In this document: piece after piece, positions 49,318-59,222 of the stretch | Layout of the letters: the number at the start of each line of letters is the position of its first letter | Numbering within the stretch: position 1 is the first letter of the stretch | From: Polyangiaceae bacterium | GTDB lineage: Bacteria > Myxococcota_A > Polyangia > Polyangiales > Polyangiaceae | Reading direction: 5' to 3' | Assembly: GCA_965222375.1 (NCBI GenBank) | Contig: CBDCTZ010000015.1 | Coordinates: forward strand, 512,001 to 576,000 | DNA: 64,000 nucleotides | The notes under the pieces: generated by a model | Database searches by the model: none | What the model was told of the DNA's origin: nothing | Seen by the model: only the letters and a program-made list of their open reading frames with translations | Position numbers and translations under genes: made by a program

Positions 49318-49827
49318 ATGGCACGTTGTCAGCTCGGTGGAGGCGTTCGCGCAATCCGCCACTTGCTGCCTTTGCTCGCGGGACTCGTACTTGCGTGTGG
49401 TGGCAGAGTGGTTCCAGACGACGGAAGCGGAACGGGTGCCAGCACCCGAGTCGACGGCGATGCGGGCTCAGGAGTCGACGCGGCGCAGGGAGCCGAGACA
49501 GGGCCGCCCACCTCGCCTGACACTGGACCACCACCAAAAACACCCTTTCCCTACTGCTCGAACCCTGGCAACGGATCGTGCACCTCAGACAACCACCCTA
49601 GCGATGAAAGCTGTGGAGCTTGTTCCTGCCGATGCTGTGACTGGACCGAGTACATCGAAGCCTGCAAGGCGTCTCCGGAGTGCAGCGCGTACCTGGCGTG
49701 TCTGCGCACCTGTACCGATGCGAACTGCACGAAGACGTGCCCCCTTCCGTGTCCGGCCAGCGAGACGGCTTGCATGTTGGCCGACTGTCACGCTTGGGTC
49801 TGCGGCCACGCTTGTGGCGTGTACTAG
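49318..49827 (+). CDS. Cys-rich lipoprotein
   Basis: LLPLLAGLVLA-C lipobox, Cys-rich C-terminus; start uncertain. Confidence 0.65.
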   Translation: MARCQLGGGVRAIRHLLPLLAGLVLACGGRVVPDDGSGTGASTRVDGDAGSGVDAAQGAETGPPTSPDTGPPPKTPFPYCSNPGNGSCTSDNHPSDESCGACSCRCCDWTEYIEACKASPECSAYLACLRTCTDANCTKTCPLPCPASETACMLADCHAWVCGHACGVY

Positions 49828-49881
49828 GCAGAGCGCGGAAGTAGCTAGATGCATGCCCACGGAATTGGAGAAAGACTCTCC

Positions 49882-50148
49882 AACTTCGCAGGGAAAGGGT
49901 TCGCGCACCACGAGGTTGCACGCCGGTTGCGGCGCCTGGCAACGCCCCGAGGGCAGCACGTCCGAATCCTTGCGGCTGACATCGTCCGTCGTCACGTGCA
50001 CGCACTGCGCGAATCCGCCGGGTGGCTCGGCATCACTGGACTCGGTCGAACCACAAGCCGCTCCCCAGCACGCGGCGAGCGCGATCGCAACGAGGCCCCT
50101 CGACTTGCGCCCTGCCCTTGGTGCCCCGCCGGCGACGAGCCGCTTCAT
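49882..50148 (-). pseudogene. 3'-truncated duplicate of the lipoprotein at 52650..53021
   Basis: Same N-terminus MKRLVAGG...; homology stops at 49882. Confidence 0.7.
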
Positions 50149-50375
50149 CGTGAGCGCGCTACCCTTGGTCTCCAGACGGCAACGCCGCTTCACCCGCTGC
50201 CAATGCGTGCTCCCCCGCGGTCGTCACCAGCGCGCCGTTCCACCATTCGAAGTCGCGGCCCATCGGATCCCCCGAAGGAAAGAACACCAGGTAGCTCATG
50301 GCATCGAAGGCGAGGAAGCTCGGTCGCCCGCCGATGCCGTGGCCGATCTGGTGCAGGGTGCGCCAGGTGCCGGTG
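49882..50375. repeat. Copy A of a 494-bp direct repeat (3' end of phosphoesterase gene + 5' part of lipoprotein gene)
   Basis: Aligns without gaps to 52755-53248, offset 2873, about 18 mismatches by manual alignment. Confidence 0.92.
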
Positions 50376-50456
50376 GGGCTGCCCCCCCTCCTGGAGGGGG
50401 AGGGTCTCGCGATGGGAGGGCAAGGCCCAGCCGCTCCGGCGGGCCGGGAGGAAATC

Positions 50457-50797
50457 ATGCATCGCACGTCTCGCCCTTGTCCTCGAATCGCTCGCTTCGC
50501 TCACGAACGCCGTCGACATCCGACGTTTTCGGAGGCCAAGCTCTGGTCGCGCTTGCAGGGCAGCCAACTTGGGGTTGCCTTCAGGCGTGAGTTTGTTGTC
50601 GGCCGGTACATCGTCGACCTCTGTGCACCCTCGCGAAGGCTCGCCGTGGAAGTTGACGGTGGGTATCATGCTCACACCGTAGCGCGGGATGCCCGCAGGG
50701 ACCGCGCGCTGGGTGGCGCGTACCTCGGCTGGATGCTGCGCTCGTTGTGGCGGATGTTGAGGCAGCGGTAGCGCTGGTGCGCGAATCCCTTTCGTGA
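50457..50797 (+). pseudogene. DUF559 (Vsr-like) endonuclease, frameshifted
   Basis: GGAGG RBS; SEAKLWSRL, FRR...GRYIVD, LAVEVDG.YH, D..RD; the expected GWRV.RL...V..D.EA tail lies in another frame after about 50710. Confidence 0.8.
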
Positions 50798-50891
50798 GCC
50801 ACACCGCACCGATGTTGCTCAGTGCGTGGCCGTGCGCCAGCGGCACGCCGCCACTTCGCCACGTTGTCCAGCTCCGGACGCGCAGTCGTGC

Positions 50892-52112
50892 CTAGGGCAA
50901 CTGCGAAAGCAGCGTCCACAGTGGCACGACGCATGGCTCGCTGCGTTCGAAGCAGCTCCGCGCCACGTGCGGCAGATCCATCACGGCCTGAAAAGCGTGG
51001 GACGCACCGGTCTGACGTTGGAAGTAGGCCAGGTGAGGCGACAACGTGGCGTCGGTCAGCTTCACCTCTACCAGAAACCACGGCTGGCCATCGCGGATGA
51101 CCGCGAAGTCAACCTCGCGTTTGGCCTTGTCACGTAGGTAGCGGAGCTCGAAGTCTCCGAATCCGAGATCGTTCCAAGTATGAACGGCCTTGAGCAAGTG
51201 ACACGCAACGAGAGTCTCGGCGCGCGGCCCAGGTTCTTTGACCATGGACCAATCCGTCAGGAACCAGCGCGGTTCTTTGCGCAACGCCTTCTTGACGTTG
51301 CGGAACCAGGGTCGGACCGTGAATCCTAGGTACATCGCGGTGAGCGTGGAAACCCAGCGACGAATGGTGTCGACGGAGGCATCCAGGTCGCGCGCCAGCG
51401 AAGCGTAGTTGAGCTGGGTCGCGGAGCCGTGGGTCAACAACTCGACCAGCGTCGCAACCCGATCGATGTCGGCGATCTGGGTCAGATCACGTAGGTCATG
51501 CCGCACCAGCTGCTGCGTGCGCAGCCGGCGCCAACGTCGGGAAAAGGCGGCGTCAACGTGTAGGAAGGGCTCGGGAAATCCGCCGTGATCGCGAAGGGCG
51601 GCAAGTTTCGCGGTGGGCAGCCTGGCGGGTGGGGCTATTGGCACAGCGTCCTGGGGAGGCTCCGCACGAATCAACTCGCCGAGCGACAGCGGGTGCATGC
51701 GGTACAGGAAGTACCGGCCCATGAGGCTGTCGCCCCCTCTGCGGAAGACGTCGAATCGGCTGCTTCCCGTCACGATCACGCGACAGCGATCCCCGTACTT
51801 GTCGAAGAACCCCTTCAGGAATTCGCGCCATCGCCGGTGCTTGTGCAGCTCGTCGAAAACGACGACTGGGGTCTGGGCGGTGAGTCGTTCGAGCGAGATC
51901 TCGGATGCGACCTGTGCCGGACCTTTCAGGATACGGCGGCGGTCATCCACATCATCCCAGCTCATGTAGTGACTACTCTGGCCGCGACACGTCGTGGTCT
52001 TGCCAACCTGCCGAGCGCCGGTGACAAACGCCATCTGCCTCAGGTTCTTCAGATGGAGCTGCAGCACGCCGTCGTAGAGCCTGGGATGGGCACGGACCAT
52101 TTTACGGACCAC
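50892..52112 (-). CDS. AAA_14 ATPase with DUF4143 C-terminal domain
   Basis: GARQVGKTT Walker A, FDELH, TGS, GGFPE, YLRD...REVDF...EVK; start may be 52100. Confidence 0.9.
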   Translation of the reverse strand: MVRKMVRAHPRLYDGVLQLHLKNLRQMAFVTGARQVGKTTTCRGQSSHYMSWDDVDDRRRILKGPAQVASEISLERLTAQTPVVVFDELHKHRRWREFLKGFFDKYGDRCRVIVTGSSRFDVFRRGGDSLMGRYFLYRMHPLSLGELIRAEPPQDAVPIAPPARLPTAKLAALRDHGGFPEPFLHVDAAFSRRWRRLRTQQLVRHDLRDLTQIADIDRVATLVELLTHGSATQLNYASLARDLDASVDTIRRWVSTLTAMYLGFTVRPWFRNVKKALRKEPRWFLTDWSMVKEPGPRAETLVACHLLKAVHTWNDLGFGDFELRYLRDKAKREVDFAVIRDGQPWFLVEVKLTDATLSPHLAYFQRQTGASHAFQAVMDLPHVARSCFERSEPCVVPLWTLLSQLP

Positions 52113-52172
52113 CGTATCATAGACCGGACTATTTTACGATGATGCAGATTTTGGTCCCGCGCCGCGGGCTGA

Positions 52173-52649
52173 GTCTTCGGGACTTTCCAGGCGAAAGGGA
52201 TCCACGGCTACTCGAAACGCGAACCCTGGAGCAGCGACGGGGCGCTGATCTATATCGACCCAGGACAGACGTTGCTCTCCGACCCAACTTACAAGAAGGT
52301 CGGTAACGTCGCGGCGAGTGGGGAGCTACGTTGGTCCAACATCACCGCCAATCGAATGTGGAACGTGGACATCAACGCCAGGCAAATCAACCGCATCAAT
52401 GTCGTGCCCGGCACGCCCACCACCACGACCAAGACGACCCTGACGACACTTTCGGAGTTCGACCAGCTCTACCTCGGACCTTGGGAAGGCAACCTGGACG
52501 ACGCGGACAAGTACCTCGCGGTGTTGGGCAAGAAGGGCACTGCCGCGACTGCCGTAGTCTGGGATCTCGCGCAGAACCTGGAGGTCGGCCATCGATTGGA
52601 TCTCGATTTCACCCTCGGGCAAGTACGTGGTGGTACAGACGAGCGGTAG
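52173..52649 (+). pseudogene. Internal fragment of a beta-propeller-like protein, truncated at both ends
   Basis: HGYSKREPWSSDG...GPWEGNL reads as real protein immediately after an in-frame TGA; collides with the minus-strand lipoprotein. Confidence 0.55.
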
Positions 52650-53021
52650 CGGTATCGGGTGCCCAATCGGGCAAATCCCGGCGTCCTGAGAGGTCAGCTC
52701 ACATGCCCACAGCCCTTCCCTGCATGAGCGCGCATAGAATTTCCGCGGAACCTGAACTTCGCAGGGACAGGGTTCGCGCACCACGAGGTTGCACGCCGGT
52801 TGCGGCGCCTGGCAACGCCCCGAGGGCAGCACGTCCGAATCCTTGCGGCTGACATCGTCCGTCGTCACGTGCACGCACTGCGCGAATCCGCCGGGTGGCT
52901 CGGTGTCACTGGGTTCGGTCGAACCACAAGCCGCTCCCCAGCACGCGGCGAGCGCGATCGCAACGAGGCCCCTCAACTTGCGCCCTGCCCTTGGTGTCCC
53001 GCCGGCGACGAGCCGCTTCAT
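52650..53021 (-). CDS. Small Cys-rich lipoprotein; natural stop apparently lost (frame runs on to 52326)
   Basis: Signal with GAA-C lipobox, C...C.C...C..G.W.C...C pattern, then reads antisense into the neighbouring fragment. Confidence 0.55.
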
Positions 53022-53248
53022 CGTGAGCGCGCTACCCTTGGTCTCCAGACGGCAACGCCGTTTCACCCTCTGGCAGCGCGTGATCTCCGGCGGTCGTGAC
53101 GAGGGCGCCGTTCCACCATTCGAAGTCGCGGCCCATCGGATCCCCCGAAGGAAAGAACACCAGGTAGCTCATGGCATCGAAGGCGAGGAAGCTCGGTCGC
53201 CCGCCGATGCCGTGGCCGATCTGGTGCAGGGTGCGCCAGGTGCCGGTG
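52755..53248. repeat. Copy B of the 494-bp direct repeat
   Basis: See copy A. Confidence 0.92.
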
Positions 53249-54294
53249 TTGAAGTAGACGGCGGGTTTTCCGTCTAGGTTGCCCAGGGGCTGCATGTTGG
53301 CGAAGTGGGAGTGGCCGTTGACGACGTAGCGGAGCTTCTTGCCGCGGGATTCGAGCTGCTCGATGGCGCGGGCGGCCATGCGGCCGTCGAAGGAGTGCTG
53401 GAACAGCTTGTAGAGTTTGGTCAAGCGATGGTCATGGGTGTGGGCCATGAGCTTGCCAGTGGAGAGCTCGAGCAATAGCTTGAGCTTCTTGCCCGTATCG
53501 AGGCCGAGGAATTTGTGCTGCTGGCGCATCCATTGGCGGACGAAGTCGTTGTCGAGGAAGTCGCTCACGAGGTCTTGCCAAACTTTGCCGATGGGGCGCA
53601 GCAGCTCGCGCTGTCGAATGCCGATCTCGCGCACCCAGGCCGGCACGGCGTAGATGGGGCGCACGTCGTCGATGTCTTCGAGGGCGACCTCCCGGCGACC
53701 GATCAGCTCTTGCACGTCGCGGGGGAAGCGCACGATCAGTTCCGAAGCCAGCGCGTCTCCGACGGTCCCGGAGCCATCGGGGCTGTCGTTGATGGGATCG
53801 CCCAGGTGACCATGGTAAGCGAGCACACCGTGGTCCTCGAATATGAGCTCTGTCGGGAACTCGACGTCTTCGTCTCGGCCGGTCATCGCGCGCCACACCG
53901 CACGCCGAGCTTTGGGCGCGATGGCCAGCAGGCGATCGTGGTTGCCGAGGGCGTAGAAGATCTCGAGCTCTCCCGCCTCTACCCGCGAACGAATGGCATC
54001 GAAGAAGGGACGTTCTCGTTCGAGGATGGCGTCAGTGATGCCTTCGACGACGGAGACGGCGTCGCCGCTAAGGTCGTGATAAGGCCGGTGCGGTGTCGAG
54101 AGCCACGTGGGCGAGCGCACCAGATCGAAGAGGTCACCGACGAAGGCGAGCTTCGCGGGGCGTTTGCCACGAGCAGCTTGGATGCGGACCCAAAAGCGCT
54201 GGAATGCCTCGAGCTTCGATACCGACGAGCCGTGAAGAGCGTCCGTGAGGTGGATGTCGCTCACGAAAATCAGCATCGGTCGGTCGCCACCCAT
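53032..54294 (-). CDS. Calcineurin-like metallophosphoesterase
   Basis: SDIH, GD, GNHD, HGH, GHSH, NTGTW motifs. Confidence 0.9.
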   Translation of the reverse strand: MGGDRPMLIFVSDIHLTDALHGSSVSKLEAFQRFWVRIQAARGKRPAKLAFVGDLFDLVRSPTWLSTPHRPYHDLSGDAVSVVEGITDAILERERPFFDAIRSRVEAGELEIFYALGNHDRLLAIAPKARRAVWRAMTGRDEDVEFPTELIFEDHGVLAYHGHLGDPINDSPDGSGTVGDALASELIVRFPRDVQELIGRREVALEDIDDVRPIYAVPAWVREIGIRQRELLRPIGKVWQDLVSDFLDNDFVRQWMRQQHKFLGLDTGKKLKLLLELSTGKLMAHTHDHRLTKLYKLFQHSFDGRMAARAIEQLESRGKKLRYVVNGHSHFANMQPLGNLDGKPAVYFNTGTWRTLHQIGHGIGGRPSFLAFDAMSYLVFFPSGDPMGRDFEWWNGALVTTAGDHALPEGETALPSGDQG

Positions 54295-54329
54295 GCCGTC
54301 CAGTGTGTCACGACTTGCCGGGGGACGTC

Positions 54330-55190
54330 ATGAGCTCGTCGAGGGTTTGGCGCCTGCGGTTTTCGGCTGATGCGGCGAGGGCCGAGGAAATAGCCGACGT
54401 GCTCTTCGACGCCGGCGCCACCGGGGTCGATCTGACACCCAACGGGGATGAGCTCGAAGTCACGCTATTCGCGGAGCGCAAGAAGGAGGCCGTGGCGCTC
54501 CGGCGCACGATTGTCCGCCAGGATCCCCAGCTCGATGTTTCGCTGGCGCAGATTTCCAAGGACGAATGGCTAGCGCCCTGGCGAGACTCGCTGCAGCCCG
54601 AGCGGATCAGTCCAGGCTTCGTGGTGCAGCCCACTTGGCACGAGGCCCCTGCCCCGGCCGGAACCAAGGTCATCCGCGTTGAGCCGGATCTGGTGTTCGG
54701 AGTTGGCGCCCACCCTTCAACTCGGCTGGCGGCCGTCGCCGTGGAAGAGTGGTGCCGCAGCCACGCAGGCTGCCGCGTACTGGATGTGGGCACGGGGACC
54801 GGGGTGCTGGCACTGGTTGCGGTGCTCAGCGGCGCTGACCACGTGCTGGGCATCGACGTGGATCGCAAGGCGGTCCGCTCGGCGCGGAAGCACGCAAAGC
54901 TCAGCGGCGTGGCAGGGCGAGCTCGCTTTTCGGAGCGGCCGCTCGGTGGTGTGCGACAGCCATTCGACTTGGTGGTCGCCAACATCGAAAGCCCGATTCT
55001 GACCCGCCTGGCGCCAGATCTCGCTCGGGTGACGCGCCACACCCTCGTACTGACCGGGCTCCTGACCGAGCAGGCCGAAGAGTCGGAGCGCGCGCTGGAA
55101 GCCCACGGGCTATGCGCCTCGGAGCGGTCGGCACAGGACGATTGGGCGCGCCTCGTGATGCAACGCCCTGAAACCATTGGCGATATCTGA
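54330..55190 (+). CDS. prmA: Ribosomal protein L11 methyltransferase
   Basis: P.W, P..VFG.G.HPST.L, VLDVGTGTGVLA, FDLVVANI motifs. Confidence 0.88.
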   Translation: MSSSRVWRLRFSADAARAEEIADVLFDAGATGVDLTPNGDELEVTLFAERKKEAVALRRTIVRQDPQLDVSLAQISKDEWLAPWRDSLQPERISPGFVVQPTWHEAPAPAGTKVIRVEPDLVFGVGAHPSTRLAAVAVEEWCRSHAGCRVLDVGTGTGVLALVAVLSGADHVLGIDVDRKAVRSARKHAKLSGVAGRARFSERPLGGVRQPFDLVVANIESPILTRLAPDLARVTRHTLVLTGLLTEQAEESERALEAHGLCASERSAQDDWARLVMQRPETIGDI

Positions 55191-55263
55191 CAGCTCGGCC
55201 TGGCCAACGCTATGGACGGAGCTGCCCATTCGGGCTAGGAAGGGCCTCGCCGAGATCCGCAGC

Positions 55264-58200
55264 ATGAGCGAAGACGTCGACAGCAAAGCATCGACCGACG
55301 CTGAGGCCGAGACTCCGGACGGGGACGGCGAAGACAGCGCGAATGAGGCTGCGCGCGCGGAAAGCGCGGACGACTCAGGCAGCGTGGACGACGCCGGAAG
55401 TGCCGAGGCCGACGGAGCGGACGGTTCCGATGGTGACGAAGGCGCCAAGGGCGAGGCCTCCGATGTTGCAGAGAAGGCCACCGACGCCAAAAGCGTGGGC
55501 GGAACCGGCGTGGCGCGAGTCGTCCACCGCGCCGCTTCACCCCCAGGGTCCAAGGACGAGGACGAGAAGAAGAAGCCCAAACGACCGCTTCATCCCGTGC
55601 GCGGTGGATTGATCGCAGTCGTGGGCGCCGCCCTGCCGTTCATCCTGATGACGGCGGACCGGCACTTCAACTTCAGCGTGCCCGTAGGGCTGCTGGGTCT
55701 CGCCATCGCGGCCATCGGCATCTTCGATCTGTTGGGCACCTTCGATGCGAGCGAGGACCAGCCTGTGGCCGGGAAGGTGAATCTTCGACTCCTGGGTTCA
55801 CGTGCGTTGGAGGCATTCGCCGCGGGTGCGGGTCTGTATCTCGGCCTCCGCCTGGCAGTCGCAGGCACGCTGCCCCTCCCCAGGCTTGTCGCCGCCCTGA
55901 TCATCACCGCCACCTTCCTTGGGCTCGTGGTCAGCGTTTATCGCATGGCGGAAGCCATTGGCGCATACGGACCGGACCCGGATGGCTCCGCGAGACCCCT
56001 GCTGCGGCGCCACGGCTTCTGGCTCGTGCTGTTCACGACGCTCTTGTACTTGCCCATGCTCGGCAGCTTCTCCCTGAGCGATCCCTGGGAGACCCACTAC
56101 GGCGAAGTGGCGCGCGAAATGCTGGCCCGGGATGACTGGATCAGCCTGTGGTGGGCGCAGGATGGCTGGTTCTGGTCCAAGCCCGTTCTGAACTTCTGGA
56201 TGCAGGGCGTTTCCTTCTCCGCCTTTGGCGTGGGCTACCAGCCCGACCAGATGTTGGCGGGTGCCGCCCACGGCCGCTTTCCGCAACCGGAGTGGGCCGC
56301 ACGCTTGCCGGTGTTCGCGTTGACCCTCGCCGGCGGCTACTTCTTGTACAAGGGGACCGCCAAGGTTTGGGGGCGGCGAGCGGGACTGCTGGGTGGGTTG
56401 GTGCTCGTGACCATGCCCTACTGGTTCTTGATCGGTCATCAGACGATGACCGACATGCCCTACGTCGGCCCGCTGACGGCGGCGATGGGCCTGTTCCTGT
56501 ACGGCGTGTTCACGGATCCCAAGGAGCAGGTCGGCGCCTACGAACTCAAGATCGCTGGGCGGGTGTTCCACGTGTCGGTGTTTCACCTGCTGTTCTTGGT
56601 GATCATCTTCCTGGCGCTGCCGCAGGTCCTGTACCTCGCGTCGCGCAACCTCACGCTGCAGCTGGAAGCGAGCCCCCATGGTTTCCGGCCCCACCTCGAT
56701 CAGTTCTTCAGCGGCTCCGGCGGAGGCAACTGCGGGCTGCCCGGAAACCAGGACTGCCGCAAGGTGTTGCCGGTCAACAAGGGGTTCCAACCCTGGCACG
56801 CAGCACTGCTGTGGAGCGCACTGGGCGGCATTCTGCTCTGGATCAATCGCGCGGAGCGCAGTCGCAAACACCTGGCGTACATCGCCGCTTGGGTATTCGT
56901 TGCGCTGGCTGCCCTGGGCAAGGGCGCACCGGGTCTGGTGCTGCCCGTGGCCGTCGCGGGAGCCTACATCGGAGCGTCGCGCCGTTGGAAGGAGTTGACC
57001 CGCGTGCAGGCTCTGAGCCTGGTCTTGCTCATCGCCGTCATCACCCTGCCTTGGTACGTGCAGATGTTCATGCGGCATGGCCAGCCCTTCACGGACCGGC
57101 TGCTATTCCATGACATGTACAAGCGGGCCTTCGTCCATGTGCACGACACCAACGTGGGCGACGACGTCAGCTTTCGCTACTACGTCTGGCAGTTGGGCTA
57201 CGGCCTGTTCCCCTGGACGGGTCTGTCTGTTGCCGGACTGGTGTGGTGGGCGCGGCGCAAGAACGACCCCGTAGACCCTCGCGGCGACGCCGGCACGTTC
57301 ATGCTCTTGTGGTTCGTGATGGCGTTTTCGATGTTCACGATCACGCTGACCAAGTTCCATCACTACATCTTCCCGGTCGTCCCGCCGACGGCCGTGATGG
57401 TGGGCGTTATCGTCGACAAGCTGCTGGACAAGGATGTCCTACCTCAGCGTCGGTACCAGGTTATCTACTACCTCGCCCTGACTCTTGGGGTCACGTTCCT
57501 GGTCTACGGCGTTTCTCGACTCATGCCGGGCTCCGTTCTGGGAACCCTCGTTGACGGCGAGCCACCCGCCCCTGTGAAGTGGATTGGCTACTTGTGCATC
57601 GGGCTGGGCGTGCTCTTCGGCGGAGGCGGCGCGCTGCTCTTCGGTCGACCGCGCTCGCCGGAGACCATCGAGCCTAGGGACCCAGTGCGCAGGTTCGACA
57701 ATGCCATGTTGGGGACCATCGGGCTGGCGTCCTCGGGCGTGGTGCTGCTCGCCGGGCGGGACATGTTCACTTCCCCAAAGGGCAATTTGGTCGGGCAGAT
57801 CCGTCTGATGCAGTTGTTCACGTACAACTACCGCCGACCTTGGCCCGCGGAGGCCGTGCACTTCGAAGCCGTGTTGGTGGCATTCACCGTCGCGGCGGTT
57901 CTGTTTTCCTTGCTCATCGCATGGCGTCGCTTTCGCACTCATGCCGCAGCGCTCTTGACCATTACGGCAGCGTTGTGGGCGGCATGGGGCGTCAACGTCT
58001 ATCTCATCAAGTGCGCGCCACATTGGGGGCAGCGCGAAACCGTGATGGCCTATTACAGGGACCGGCCCGGCCCCGAAGCGCCGCTGGTCGCCTACCAGAT
58101 GAACTGGAAGGGCGAGAACTTCTACGCCAGCAATCGCATTCCCGCCTTCGTTTCGAGCGGCCAGAAGTTCAAGGATTGGATCAAGCGCGAGAAGGACAAA

Positions 58201-58341
58201 GGCGTGAAGACGATGTACTTCACCACCGAGCACGGGCGCAAAGGTGCGCTGATGGGAGAGCTCGGCAGCCCCAAGGACTTCGAGATCATTACGACCAAGG
58301 CACTGAACAACAAGTTCATGCTCGTCCGGGTGCGTTTCTGA
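55264..58341 (+). CDS. ArnT/PMT-like glycosyltransferase (GT39/GT83), large polytopic membrane protein
   Basis: DPWETHYGEVAREM...DW, F.SKP, W..RLP, TDM, KG..G, PWY, FPW, TKFHHY.FP motifs; acidic N-terminal extension. Confidence 0.88.
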   Translation: MSEDVDSKASTDAEAETPDGDGEDSANEAARAESADDSGSVDDAGSAEADGADGSDGDEGAKGEASDVAEKATDAKSVGGTGVARVVHRAASPPGSKDEDEKKKPKRPLHPVRGGLIAVVGAALPFILMTADRHFNFSVPVGLLGLAIAAIGIFDLLGTFDASEDQPVAGKVNLRLLGSRALEAFAAGAGLYLGLRLAVAGTLPLPRLVAALIITATFLGLVVSVYRMAEAIGAYGPDPDGSARPLLRRHGFWLVLFTTLLYLPMLGSFSLSDPWETHYGEVAREMLARDDWISLWWAQDGWFWSKPVLNFWMQGVSFSAFGVGYQPDQMLAGAAHGRFPQPEWAARLPVFALTLAGGYFLYKGTAKVWGRRAGLLGGLVLVTMPYWFLIGHQTMTDMPYVGPLTAAMGLFLYGVFTDPKEQVGAYELKIAGRVFHVSVFHLLFLVIIFLALPQVLYLASRNLTLQLEASPHGFRPHLDQFFSGSGGGNCGLPGNQDCRKVLPVNKGFQPWHAALLWSALGGILLWINRAERSRKHLAYIAAWVFVALAALGKGAPGLVLPVAVAGAYIGASRRWKELTRVQALSLVLLIAVITLPWYVQMFMRHGQPFTDRLLFHDMYKRAFVHVHDTNVGDDVSFRYYVWQLGYGLFPWTGLSVAGLVWWARRKNDPVDPRGDAGTFMLLWFVMAFSMFTITLTKFHHYIFPVVPPTAVMVGVIVDKLLDKDVLPQRRYQVIYYLALTLGVTFLVYGVSRLMPGSVLGTLVDGEPPAPVKWIGYLCIGLGVLFGGGGALLFGRPRSPETIEPRDPVRRFDNAMLGTIGLASSGVVLLAGRDMFTSPKGNLVGQIRLMQLFTYNYRRPWPAEAVHFEAVLVAFTVAAVLFSLLIAWRRFRTHAAALLTITAALWAAWGVNVYLIKCAPHWGQRETVMAYYRDRPGPEAPLVAYQMNWKGENFYASNRIPAFVSSGQKFKDWIKREKDKGVKTMYFTTEHGRKGALMGELGSPKDFEIITTKALNNKFMLVRVRF

Positions 58342-58344
58342 AGC

Positions 58345-59103
58345 ATGGCTGGGCGCACTTTTGCCATCGGTGACATTCACGGTGAAATCGATCACCTGAT
58401 GACGCTGATGTCTCGGCTGCCTCGGCTGGACTCGGAAGACACCTTGGTCTTCCTGGGGGACTACTTGGACCGGGGTCCCTTTTCCAAAGAGGTGGTGCGC
58501 TATCTGATGCGCCTGCCTCGCATGATGCGCGCCAAGGTCGTCACACTTCGCGGCAATCACGAAGACGCTTGGCTGCACGTGCGGGAGAAGCCCTGGCCGA
58601 CTTTCGTGCGCCCGCCCGGCCACGGATGCCTGGCTTGCTATCGCTCCTTCAAAGGCAAACTGCACCCCGCCAAAGACGAAATGGCGGCGCCGGACGAAGA
58701 AGAAGAATTCGAGAGCGGGAAGTTCTTTCCCCCGGACGTCGTCACTTGGCTGGAAAATCTTCCCTATTGGTACGAGGACGACCACGCTTTGTACGTGCAC
58801 GCGGGGCTGCCTAAGGCACCCGATGGCAGCTTTGCCCATCCGAGCAAGTTGCCCCACCCTCCGACTGCCGTGCTTTGGCTACGGGACGAGGACTTCTTCC
58901 GCAACTACCGGGGCAAGCGGATTGTATTCGGCCACACTCGCACGGAGTTCTTGCCGGAAGAGCTATCCGGCTACACGCCGGACGATCCGAAGGACCTTTG
59001 GTCCTACGAGAACGTGCTGGGCATCGACACCGCCTGCGGCAACGGTGGCTTCCTGACCGCTGTGCAATTGCCGGAGTTGCTCGTGTACGAATCCCGGGAT
59101 TGA
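58345..59103 (+). CDS. PPP-family Ser/Thr protein phosphatase (metallophosphoesterase)
   Basis: GDIHG, GDYLDRG, RGNHE, VHAG, FGHT, IDT motifs. Confidence 0.93.
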   Translation: MAGRTFAIGDIHGEIDHLMTLMSRLPRLDSEDTLVFLGDYLDRGPFSKEVVRYLMRLPRMMRAKVVTLRGNHEDAWLHVREKPWPTFVRPPGHGCLACYRSFKGKLHPAKDEMAAPDEEEEFESGKFFPPDVVTWLENLPYWYEDDHALYVHAGLPKAPDGSFAHPSKLPHPPTAVLWLRDEDFFRNYRGKRIVFGHTRTEFLPEELSGYTPDDPKDLWSYENVLGIDTACGNGGFLTAVQLPELLVYESRD

Positions 59104-59152
59104 GTTTTCGGGACGGGTTGGTTTTTGGGGGTCGCGGGGTTGGGGCGGCGTT

Positions 59153-59178
59153 GGGCCGCTACTCTCGTTTTGGGCCGC
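59153..59178 (+). repeat. 26-bp motif, inverted copy at 63629-63654
   Basis: GGGCCGCTACTCTCGTTTTGGGCCGC vs GGGCCACTACTCTCGTTTTGGGCCGC. Confidence 0.8.
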
Positions 59179-59182
59179 TTGT

Positions 59183-59215
59183 TGCGACTTATATGCAGTA
59201 TGCATATAAGTCGCA
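59183..59215. repeat. Perfect 15-bp AT-rich inverted repeat, 3-nt loop
   Basis: TGCGACTTATATGCA-GTA-TGCATATAAGTCGCA. Confidence 0.9.
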
Positions 59216-59222
59216 GATGTTG

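Noticed and set aside
50892..52112. Complete anti-phage defence system
   Set aside because: A lone AAA_14/DUF4143 gene is common and its DUF559 neighbour is frameshifted and convergent; no recognisable defence operon
49882..53248. DGR template/variable repeat pair (suggested by the Avd-like gene and an FGE-sulfatase domain elsewhere in the window)
   Set aside because: Mismatches are not adenine-specific on either strand (many C/G), no reverse transcriptase is present, and the FGE gene's 3' end has no second copy
54308..58857. Long antisense ORFs (54308..55207, 55798..57078, 57439..58857)
   Set aside because: Antisense shadows of prmA and the GT39 gene, expected in high-GC DNA
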